A DNA stretch of 64,000 nt from Tubiluchus corallicola. Lineage: Eukaryota; Animalia; Priapulida. This document shows, piece by piece, positions 53,895 to 64,000 of the stretch (its first letter is position 1; every line of letters begins with the position of its first letter). The stretch covers positions 26,672 through 90,671 of the forward strand of contig JAQGDQ010000456.1 in the NCBI GenBank assembly GCA_030141605.1. Direction: 5' to 3'. The notes under the pieces are model-generated. The model did not search any database. It was not told the DNA's origin and saw only the letters and a program-made list of their open reading frames with translations. The position numbers and the translations under genes are program-made.

Positions 53895-54484
53895 AGCTAA
53901 CTTCCTTCTGATTGGACACTAAATAACTTTCCTCCAAGCTAACTTCCTTTTGATTGGACACTAAATAAATTTCCTCCAAGCTAACTTACTTCTGATTGGA
54001 CACTAAATAACTTTCCTCCAAGCTAACTTACTTCTGATTGGACACTAAATAACTTTCCTCCAAGCTAACTTACTTCTGATTGGACACTAAATAAATTTCC
54101 TGCGCGCTAACTTCCTTCTGATTGGACACTAAATAACTTTCTTCCAAGCTAACTTCCTTCTGATTGGACACTAAATAAATTTCCTCCGAGCTAACTTCCT
54201 TTCTAATTGGACACTAAATAATTTTCCTCCAAGCTAACTTCCTTCTGATTGGACACTAAATAACTTTCCTCCGAGCTAACTTCCTTTCTAATTGGACACT
54301 AAATAATTTTCCTCCAAGCTAACTTCCTTCTGATTGGACACTAAATAACTTTCCTCCAAGCTAAATTACTTCTGATTGGACACTAAATAACTTTCCTCCG
54401 AGCTAACTTCCTTCTGATTGGACACTAAATAAATTTCCTCCGATCTAACTTCCTTCTGATTGGACACTAAATAACTTTCCTCCA
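53895..54484. repeat. 42-bp tandem repeat x14 containing an inverted CCAAT box
   Basis: Unit AAGCTAACTTCCTTCTGATTGGACACTAAATAACTTTCCTCC. Confidence 0.94.
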
Positions 54485-54600
54485 ATAAAGAATTAACAAC
54501 TGAAGAAACAAAAGCTATCCTAATATTACCATTTCTGTCGATAGATGGCACCACGAGCCTGCTCCAATACGTCTTTGGAGCGTTTCTACACCTGGCATTT

Positions 54601-55137
54601 TTAAGGAAAACCGGATAATTGTGTAAACGCGAGTTCAGAATAAAGAATGCTCTAAAATATTGAAAACTACAACAGCTTATTTTAAATCAAAGCTTAGATT
54701 AAATAATAATTACCTAGGATGCTCAAATTTCGCTAAACTTTCAGTCACACGTGGCTCAGTGAATCTACTAAGATTGGCAGCAGCGCCTTTTTTTCACGAC
54801 GAATAGAAGACGGTACAGTGATAAGCATTATCATCAACTGCAGTATTAATTTTTGACCTCATATGATGTAGAGCCCATTTTTCGTGACATCACGCATTTA
54901 AGCAGCACTGTAACACTTATGTAAATGTGCTTGACATGCAAGGGAAGATGCCTGCCATTGCACAAACTGTGGTTAGTTTCTGACGTAAGCAATAGCTATG
55001 TTCAGCTGCCATTAATTAACTTTCTAATTATTCAAATATAAGAAACAATTGTTAACTTTTATAGACAAGAAAACACATATTTTGGACAGTAAATTAAAAT
55101 GAGATTGAGTCTAAACAATCGTCCGGTTTTCCTTTAA
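54601..55137 (+). mobile_element. Family C TTAA-flanked element (Kolobok-like)
   Basis: TTAA-GGAAAACCGGATAATTG ... CAATCGTCCGGTTTTCCT-TTAA. Confidence 0.78.
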
Positions 55138-55255
55138 AGAAGCTGTTTGCGCCGCATGTTTTCTTCAAGACAAGGAAAAAATGTTTTTCAAGAAGGGTGC
55201 TGCCATCTAACAACAATTATTGAACTAGACAGAATTAACTGTGGTTGTTTGAAAT

Positions 55256-55411
55256 TGTATCATCTACACATCATGACTGTATCATCTACACATCATGACT
55301 ATGTATCATCTACACATCATGACTGTATCATCTACACATCATGACTTGTATCATCTACCCATCATGACTATGTATCATCTACACATCATGACTATGTATC
55401 ATCACATCATG
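55256..55411. repeat. 22-24-bp tandem repeat (~7 copies) directly after the zinc-finger gene stop codon
   Basis: TGTATCATCTACACATCATGAC(TA). Confidence 0.9.
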
Positions 55412-55413
55412 TC

Positions 55414-55746
55414 TCACTCCCTGAGCAAAGAGTCATGCTTTGCCTTCCTCGGTGTCTTGCGCTGCACCTTTTCTCTCCTCCTCCCTTCTTCTTCTCTCTC
55501 CTCCTCCCCCAAGACGTTCGTCTCCTCCTGAAGCTTCTCTAAATGCTCGACTCTCATCTGGGAAATCCTCATGGTCCTCTGCATGTGGAGGACCTCCGCT
55601 GCGTCCATTTCTTGCAGACCGTCCGAGGTGAGGATCTTGAAATGTCGAGCTCTCAGGTGGCGCTTGAACGTGTTGCGTGTTTTAAAGTGGAGGGAGCATT
55701 CCCGGCATTCGTACGGCGTTTCTCCCGTATGACGTCTCAAGTGTTC
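55414..55746 (-). CDS. C2H2 zinc-finger gene, last coding exon
   Basis: Acceptor TTACAG|GAA completes finger 3 (...HFK|EHLRRHTGETPY), then CRECSLHFKTRNTFKRHLRARH; stop TGA at 55414. Confidence 0.93.
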   Translation of the reverse strand, partial: EHLRRHTGETPYECRECSLHFKTRNTFKRHLRARHFKILTSDGLQEMDAAEVLHMQRTMRISQMRVEHLEKLQEETNVLGEEEREEEGRRREKVQRKTPRKAKHDSLLRE

Positions 55747-56241
55747 CTGTAAATGATTAAGCAGGTTATTAAAGTCACAGTGAATTTTACTCCAATGCTG
55801 TTGATTTGAGTTAAAATAACATTCAAGATTGACAGTTTTAGGGACTTTGTGAAGACTTTTCATTAGTTTTATAATGAAATAACAGCATAATTATCATCAA
55901 ATCAGTTTTTCGCCACTGTAACATGATTAATTTTGAATTTTCAGTTACAAAAACAGTTACAGGTGTGATATTCAGTGTAAATTTTATTAGAAGGCAATTT
56001 GAAACCCCTGGGAAACCCTAATATTTACTTACCTCAGTAATTTTCTTAACCGGTAGATATTTTTAATTTTTGTAACACCTTGTAACTTGTATAAAAAAGA
56101 AACAGCGTTTAAAAGCTACGAACAAAGTAAAATTACAACTTCTACGTGCATCTACATAACAGTAGAGCAGCCAACACTGTCCGTCTGCTGGATTACGGCT
56201 AGCAAAATACGATATGGTGTAAATATTCTGTGATATCCTAC

Positions 56242-57897
56242 CTTAAAATGACTTGGATGCCTGAACTTACGGTTGCAGTCCGGACAAGAGAACCGAGATT
56301 CGTTGTTGTGAATCAGCATGTGGTAATTGAGACTGTGTTGTCGAGTGAACGTCGTCTCACAGATTGAACACATGAACGGTTTGATGCCGGCATGTGAACG
56401 GTAGTGGTACATTAATGTTGCCAGAGCCGTGAACGTCTTATCCTTACAGATCTTGCACGTGAGCGGATACTGCTCGCCGCGGTTCTTGTACAAACGGATC
56501 TTCTTGATGGCTTTCAGGGCGGTGTAACGCTCCCACTCCAGAGAACCGAGCTGGATGCTCTGCTTCCGTTTCTTATTCGACTCCGTCTTCCCGGGTTTCT
56601 CTGCTTCCGACTCCGAGTCCGCATCGCTACTCAGGTTGTCAATTGCCTCGTCGAGTATGTGTGTCTGGTTAACTCGCTTAGATGCCAAAAAGTGTCCAGA
56701 CTTGGACTTGGACATCTTCTGGAGTTTTCCCTTCTGAAACCTAATACCTTGTATTCCGGATGTTTGCGCATCGGGAGGCAGATTTTGATGCTGGTTTTCA
56801 TCTTCGCAAGTTTCCACGTCGATTTCCGAATCGCTAGAAACAACGTATTTGGGTCCTTCGGTTGAGGTGTACGAATGGTCGTGATCGAAACCGGGCAGGT
56901 GACGGGCGGTGTCGTCGTCTTCTCCGATGTCCGAGTCGGGACACAATTCTTGCATCATCTGCGTCCTCCGTTGCTGCTTCTCGGCTTGACGGACTTCGAA
57001 ACTCTTGAGCGCCTCCTTCATCTCGATCTCTTCCTCGTCGGAGGACACCGGTTCTTCGCAGACGATTATCTCCGGTTCCGGTGATCGGCTGGGGTCAGCT
57101 TCTTCCCCGAACGACTCCTCCTTCACCACCTTATTGAGTACGACCTTACACTTCTTAGTCGGGGATTCGCCGGCCGTGCTATTGTCTCTGGCAACAATTT
57201 TGGACACGAACTCTCCATTCTCACAGATGGTAGTCATTACATACTTCTCTTCATCATCATCCTCTTCGTTCTCTTGCTCTTCAGCCTTTGCTCTTTTTTG
57301 CTCGGCTGCCATCTTTGCTGCGGCCATCTTTCTTTTTCTACGTATCACTTTTCTTCTTTTTGCCGCTCTCAGCGCTTTCTGCGCTTCTCGATAGGAATCG
57401 TCCGAATCCCAGTCACTCGCTTCCTCTTTGACATTAACGTCGGAGAGCGTCGCGTCGTCATAGTAACCGTCGTCGACGAAATCTACCGGTTCTTCTTTCA
57501 CCTTGACTGTTTCCTTGACAACTGCTGGTGACGACTTGCGCGGTTTTCGCTTTGTCGCCGGCAACAACTGTTTCTCTCTCTTCTGCCTTCCCGCTATGGT
57601 TTCGGCCGTGAAATTTGACCTATGCACACCACCCGTGGCATTAGCGGTGTTAACCAGCTCTTGCACGTGCATCATCAGATGTGCCTTCACCTCCCTTTTC
57701 GCCTTCTCCTCGTTGCGGAAGCTGCTGAATACGGCGTTACATTTACCGGGGAATAAACAGCATCGAAACGAATACTTCTGGGAATACTCGTCAGCGTTGG
57801 CGACTGAAAACAGTTCCACCAACTTTTTGTCTTTCAGGCATGTTATCTGTTCCAGAGTGAGAACGTCGTTCTTCCGAAATCTATTTGCTGCTGCCAT
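56242..57897 (-). CDS. C2H2 zinc-finger transcription factor, main coding exon (552 codons; protein 662 aa)
   Basis: Long ORF from AAGATGGCA; fingers CKICKDKTF...HYRSH-AGIKPF, CSIC...HMLIH, CPDC...; donor AAG|GTAGGA, phase 0. Strong acceptor upstream (exon start 58028) implies a spliced 5' UTR. Confidence 0.93.
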
Positions 57898-58266
57898 CTT
57901 GTGGACATAAAATAAACTCAAGGAACAATCAGAAATATTTCATAATGTTAGGATAAATGATTTAATAATTTTTAGTAATTTCATCACTGGCTGCATAATT
58001 GTGTTGAATGTCATTTAAATAGCCCAACCTAGAAAATAAAAAAAAGACTTAAAAAGTACAGAAAAAATATGATATATCGTATAGAAAAATTTCAAATACT
58101 GAGCTAGATATAAATAATTACACAGTGCACATTTCTGAGATGCAGGTGCTGCCATCTATTTAAAAATGCATGACTCATAGCATGCAAATAAACAAACTAC
58201 ATTTTTCATCAATAACAATTCTCTAATGTAAGCCATTTATAAAACAATATGTCCCATTTTAATACA

Positions 58267-58914
58267 TATGTGCTTGTATAGCAAAATCGTTCATAAGTCA
58301 GCAATTATCATTTTCTAGTTATTCACATATTCTGAATCTCCATTTCATGAGGATCATTTTGATACCAAGTTCATTGCTCTGTGTTATTTCTAAGCTGAGA
58401 TAATTCACGTTGAAGTTGAGGCTCAGGCTGCACAGTGGAAAACATAATCTTGAGAAAATGGCTGTCAAAGTCAGCTATTGTTTTTTGTCACATTTCTAGA
58501 AAGCACTCAGCAACTGTACAAAAGTTTGGTTGCTATGGTCTTTACAAGAACACATTAAAGTTATCTTTAAATCCAGTAGATGGCTTTTTTGACGAAGATC
58601 TGGTCTTGTCAACAAAAACAATCTGAAACAAGATGAGTACTTCCACAAGCTATTATCAAAGTTTGAAAATACAAGTTTTTGCAATTGCAGTACTAGTTTC
58701 TAGACAGAGAAATGGGCACGGGGTTATAAAATTAAATTTTTATTATTTTTTGGACATTTTCTTGATAATTTGATGCTAGAATATAAAAGTCCAACATATT
58801 TAGCATTTGTTTTCATAAAAAATCGACATTTGACCAAATTTTTGATGTTTTCTACTTTGAAACATCATAATGTAGTTTTAACTATGGATGGCTTTGGTTT
58901 ACAAGCACACATAT
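58267..58914 (+). mobile_element. Family E element
   Basis: Inverted ends TATGTGCTTGTA ... TACAAGCACACATA; co-linear with 40105-40712. Confidence 0.75.
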
Positions 58915-59410
58915 AGTAAATACTAGTCGGTACTAGCTTTTAAAATTTGAGGTGTGGTCTAAAATTGAGTACTATTTCCCTTTAAACAGTTCGTACTCCC
59001 CATGGCTCCCAGGACAGCAGCAGGATGTAACCGCACACTTCTAAGCCTCTATATCTTCGACTAGCAATTCAGCAGGTCTAAACTTATTTATATTTCTAAA
59101 AAATGTATTGATGCATTTATTTATGAAATTTGTTTATTTTTGGAATGCTTTGTTATTTCATAAGTGTAAATAAACAATAGTTGTGCCCTGGCATACTTTA
59201 TTCACGCTAACGAACCCTGGTAATTAGCGTTACAACCGTCGCATATTAGACAATTACAGAGTTTTATTAATTGTTTTGTAAAAAAGGTAAGATTGCTGTT
59301 CTTCTATGGACCATTTTGAAGAACTGAGACATTATCTTCAGTATCACATAAAATTTTGTGTCAATAAAGTAATTTTTTCCTAAACAAGGAGCAGCTAAGT
59401 TAGTGACCAG

Positions 59411-59808
59411 TAGGGGTGAGCATTCTCTAGCAGAAAGCGAATTCGAATCGATCCGAATTTGTGACTTTCGAATTCGAATCGAACGGAACTTCAGTGTTTC
59501 GAATTTGAACCGAATTCAAATTGAGATTGAACGATTTTCGAACAAGTTTTCAAACCACCAGTAAAAATTAATCTTACAAAGATCATGCATATCACTAGAT
59601 TTTGTTCTGCAATAAAACGACTAGTAATTTGTTTAAAATTGTGCACAGAAATCACTGCTAAATTACGCTAATTGCATGATGTTTCAATCATTTTAGTGAA
59701 AAGAACATGTGTGACTGAAGTGCTGAATTATTCGAATCTATAGTTTTGGATTCGAATCGAGTTCGAACTAAAAAAACCTCGTTCGAATCGAATTCGAGCT
59801 CACCCCTA
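59411..59808 (-). mobile_element. hAT-type MITE (398 bp), same family as 17368-17701
   Basis: TIR TAGGGGTGAGC / GCTCACCCCTA; perfect 8-bp TSD GTGACCAG (59403-59410, 59809-59816). Confidence 0.93.
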
Positions 59809-62139
59809 GTGACCAGTGGGTGTTCTGCTGGTCCTACTCACATATATTATATAATTTGTAATTAACTGTTGTATCAAAAACTAACGTTGAAGAAGTAGAA
59901 CTGATAGAATTGACTGGAGGAGTTAACAATGCGCAGAACATGACAATACACTTTGAGTCAGGATAATATATTTGTACTATCAAGGCGAAAATGGATAAAA
60001 ACCATGAATTGCAGTATTTATTATTTAATCAGCGCAGGTTGGACCGGATTACCCAAAATTCCGGATAATCGACGTTTTAGTATACACACATATCTCAGTC
60101 TGCCGGACCTCACTTTTACGGACATCGGTAAAATCTTGACCGTTAAAAGCCCAACATACTAGGGACACAGTCCGTTGTTTCGCGAGCTGACAATTAGTTG
60201 GTGTGTCGTCACTTTGTTTACCTGATCATGATTAGTGCAACCAAGCAGCGTGTAACGTGGTGTGTAGCTTTTAACGTCAGGTGTTAGCCCGTTGTAGACG
60301 TTTTAGAGATAATTACTGAAATTAGGCGATTGATTCTACATAACCTTGAGTCTAATACACAGCGCCTCCTGTTTAGCTCAATATCGGTAAAAACGGACCA
60401 TCGGCAAATTTGGACCGACGTCTCCCCGCTTTTGACCGGCAAAGCGAGACATGAGTGTACTTAATTAGCTAAATAAAAAACCTATTACTCCGCGCAAGAT
60501 CACAAGTAACAGCCGAAGTGGCAAATAAAGGAAGCACTCACATGGTCCCGCACAGCTTTATCTTAGTGGATTTGCGAAGCAAATTCAACTAGTTACAAAA
60601 AATAACCAATTAAACAAAAGCAAAAATTTAATTAACTAAAAACACGCGAAACAATTCTGCAAGACAGACACAAAGTTGATCGTGATGCGCAACAAGCTTG
60701 AAGTTGAAAAAGCAGCTTACGTGTTGCAGATGTAATACGCACTACTAGCGATCCTCTTAGCTGAACCTGTAAGACACAGAAGCGTTGCAGGATGACGGAT
60801 TTTTGAACAGATAGCATTTACGAGTAAAACCAAAGAAATGTAAAATACATGTAATATGTGCTTATGTGTTAGTGAAAAGTAATGAGTTGGTAATAAAATG
60901 AATTAATGTGCTAAAAAACTAATCTTGCATACGGGACCATAAAAACATACAAGATTTTTACTTCAGCGTAGTGAACAATCAATGTACCACGGCATTTGCC
61001 TGTAATCACTAAGGAATAAAGATATACTTTTGTAGAGTACGTGACATTTGGGTGTTTGGCTGTTCGGGAACAAGAGATTTGGACATGGTGCAGTTTTGGT
61101 ACGAGACAAGGCAAAAATAAAATTACTTATTTTTTATTTCAATGTTTTACGGATCACTATAGTTTTTATCTCTCGCAATGTTTTTTAATTAAGAATCACG
61201 ATTTCACCAAATTAAACATACAAAATAATAATTATAAACATAACAATAAAAACCAGTCAGTTGCCTTAGGGCTTTGTTGATTTCTACTTTTAATGTGTAT
61301 GTGTAGTTTTTAAAATAAATAAAGCAGAAAAGACGTCGGTAAGTTTACTTTTTTAGTAAAAAATATCAGCATACTTATACAGCCAAGTAAGGCAATGAAG
61401 TAATCATCATAGCAATTTATTCTTGTGTGATCGAATCAGCTGCCCAAATATATTACGCTGTCCTGGTGGTTGGCGCCCAAACGGTTTCACTCGTGTTTCA
61501 CTCCTTCGAGCAGCAATGCCAAATGGTCTGTCTCCACTTTTGCACACACCTTTGTACTATAACATATTCCTCGATCTTGCTGGGACTTCTTTAATTTGAG
61601 GAATACTATAAGTGCAACTTGTTTTTTGTATGATCTTGTTTGACGCTACCAATTTAGTGTGAGAAAACCGCAACGATTTTCCTTGCCAGGGCAATTCTCC
61701 AGCATGAAAAGCTATAATTATTTTCACATTTTATATAACAACGTGTCAGACATAGTTATCAGCACACTGACTTTCACTTCGAGTGATTTCTAAATTTATT
61801 TACCAAATACACTGTTTATAAACTAATCAATCATCCTTTTTAGTACAATCAAATAGCGTTTTTCGCAGTGTACTTTTAGTGGTGCCCTCTTTCCAGGGCA
61901 CCAATTTTATTATTACTACTACCAATGTTAATTATTATTATTACTAACACTGAAAATCTTGCACAAAGCTTTAATGAATTACATTTATATATATATATGC
62001 ACTATCTGACATGTATATACTGTATTGTGTTTTGCCAATGTACATTATAATCATGTATTTGAGCAATAAATTGAAATTGAATGGAAAATATGAAAACTAA
62101 AAGTAGCCATTATGTTTCTCCGTAGATTATGAATGAATT

Positions 62140-62468
62140 GCAGGACTCAAGCATGGCCAAAGCATTTTCAAACAAAGATCTATATGAAAAAATAAAAAGA
62201 TGCCGTTTAAGATGGATTGGACATATGCTTAGACTACCTTATGATAAGCCAGTGAAGATAGCTCTTCAACAAGCCATAGAAACAGCTAAAAAACCTGCAG
62301 GAGGACAAATGTTAACATATTTAGCTTTTGCACAGAAAGATTTAAACACTTCAGCATTGATCCTTAGAAATAAATCCACTTAGGGCATTGCGGTGAGCAG
62401 GGAGTCCTGGCATAGGGAGGTGAACAGAATCATGTCACTGGACGTGTGATTCATTGGATGATGATGAC
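62140..62468 (+). mobile_element. 5'-truncated degenerate LINE (RTE-like) 3' end
   Basis: FSNKDLYEKIKRCRLRWIGHMLRLPYDKPVKIAL...KKPAGGQ...QKDL...*..AVSRESW followed by a short (GAT)n tail at ~62458-62467. Confidence 0.8.
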
Positions 62469-63210
62469 TTAAGCCTTTTGTTTGCAAATATAATGCAAAT
62501 CAGCGACGAATTATTTCAGTAATTTTCCCACATCAATACGGATGTCAGTAAGTAATTAAATTACAGATATATCAAATTTATGAATTTGTCAATAGTTAAG
62601 TATCATTTCATCTTTATTTTTCGTGTTTTATGTGAAATTGTACACTTAATTTAAGCCTGAATAATCTTATGATGAAAAGTTTCTCAATCTTTGCACAGCA
62701 TTAAAAGTAACAAGCATTTGCAGCATAAACTAAATTGTAAATGCTGTAGTTTGTTGGCTTCTGTACTAGAAATAACCTTCATCAGTTTACCGAGTTCCTC
62801 GTCTCTCAGAAATGAAGCCAGGTTAAACCAACATTTATTGAAAAACATTTCTGACCAGTTTATTAAAGAGCGATGCTAACATTCACTAGCAAAATAATAG
62901 TTTTGTTCAAGTTATAATAGACGAAAATGTCCTATAGCTTGTTTAGAGTTACATGAGCATAGGTTTTGTACAACATACACGTATGAAAAGCTAGCCGTGA
63001 GTCAAACTCGTTTACATCTAATAAACTATGTAAATATTATTAAGTACAAACAATTACACAGCTGTCAATATTATCAATACAGTAAATCTAAATAAATACT
63101 TTTTCTATACTCACATGAACCAAAATAAAAGGCACACTTTCATTTTCCCCTTAATACACTACCATAAATAATATTACTTCCGGCTTATATTAAATAGATT
63201 TCTGGTGCGA

Positions 63211-63860
63211 CCAATAGGTGGCAGCGCGATAGTTCAGTCAATTAAGTTACGGGCAACGAATAATTTATCCACGGATAACAACTCTATCGAATATTATAAA
63301 ATAATTTTACATAAATATTCACATTAGTATAAGTAGCTTTATACAATATAATAGTTGCCTATTCTACATACTGACAGTTTATACATTAGACACCTTTAAT
63401 GTATCGAAGAAAGTTTTCTCCACGAAACATCACACACTCGGTGATATATTAGAGTCAGCGCTCCATAGAAAAATAACTTAGTTTATTCACAACACTTGAT
63501 TTTGGTCCTCAACCAGGCTGACCATTGACCAGTAACTGACCGACAAGTATTTTTTTTTATTTTCGACTGACACTGTTAAACAAATCTACCACTAGAAGTC
63601 AGCACCGACGCGCTGCTAAGAGAGGTCGACACTGACTACGCGTATCCTTGTAGGCAAATTCGGCCGACTCCAGCAACGACTCGCGTTGTCCCAGTGTATT
63701 TTCAAGCCGCCACAAGATGGCGGCACTGTCCAAATATATTGAGAACTACCACAAGGGGTCAGCACTATGACACAATTTACTTTAACACAATTTCGACATG
63801 GCATTAAAGTCGCTTTCACTGCCAATTAAGTTAATTAATCTGCCGCTAGATGTCAGCACA
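63211..63860 (+). promoter_or_regulatory. Cluster of five co-oriented CTCF-like motifs
   Basis: CCAATAGGTGGCAGC 63211, CCACTAGAAGTCAGCA 63589, CCACAAGATGGCGGCA 63710, CCACAAGGGGTCAGCA 63749, CCGCTAGATGTCAGCA 63843. Confidence 0.5.
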
Positions 63861-64000
63861 GACTAGCATTACGAGGTTCAGCTTAAAGCACCGTTTCACT
63901 AGCTATCTCCTCGCGACTACGATTGCGAGCGTACGCTCGATGATCTGACGTGTGATCACTAGAATAAGTCCGATCTGTCTCGTAGTTATTTTCGCTGTCT

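Noticed and set aside
56555-57910. Plus-strand ORFs overlapping the zinc-finger exon
   Set aside because: Antisense shadows of the real coding exon.

Overview
AT-rich, intron-containing animal (invertebrate-type) genomic DNA, not prokaryotic. I can build three spliced genes by hand. (1) A secreted protein (+, exons 8331-8813 and 16982-17173) resembling the coral skeletal-matrix SAARP/CARP4-type proteins but without their Asp-rich tract; its expected last exon was not found. (2) A complete 8-exon PQBP1 (+, 38706-49874, 327 aa). (3) A convergent 2-coding-exon C2H2 zinc-finger gene (-, 57897-55414, 662 aa). The rest is non-autonomous DNA transposons (hAT, TTAA-flanked Kolobok/piggyBac-like), a solo LTR, LINE fragments, microsatellites and about 20 unrelated short tandem arrays. 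Most notable: a 15x49-bp array copied from the end of PQBP1 exon 3 that regenerates a GTAAGT donor in every unit; a 113-bp satellite derived from LINE ORF2 that has co-amplified an inserted hAT element as a 1203-bp higher-order repeat; a ~7.5-kb inverted duplication whose identity rises towards the centre; and arrays or clusters of CTCF-, DR1-, CCAAT- and CRE-like motifs. All family assignments are from remembered motifs; no database searches were run. Most ORFs in the supplied track are repeat artefacts.
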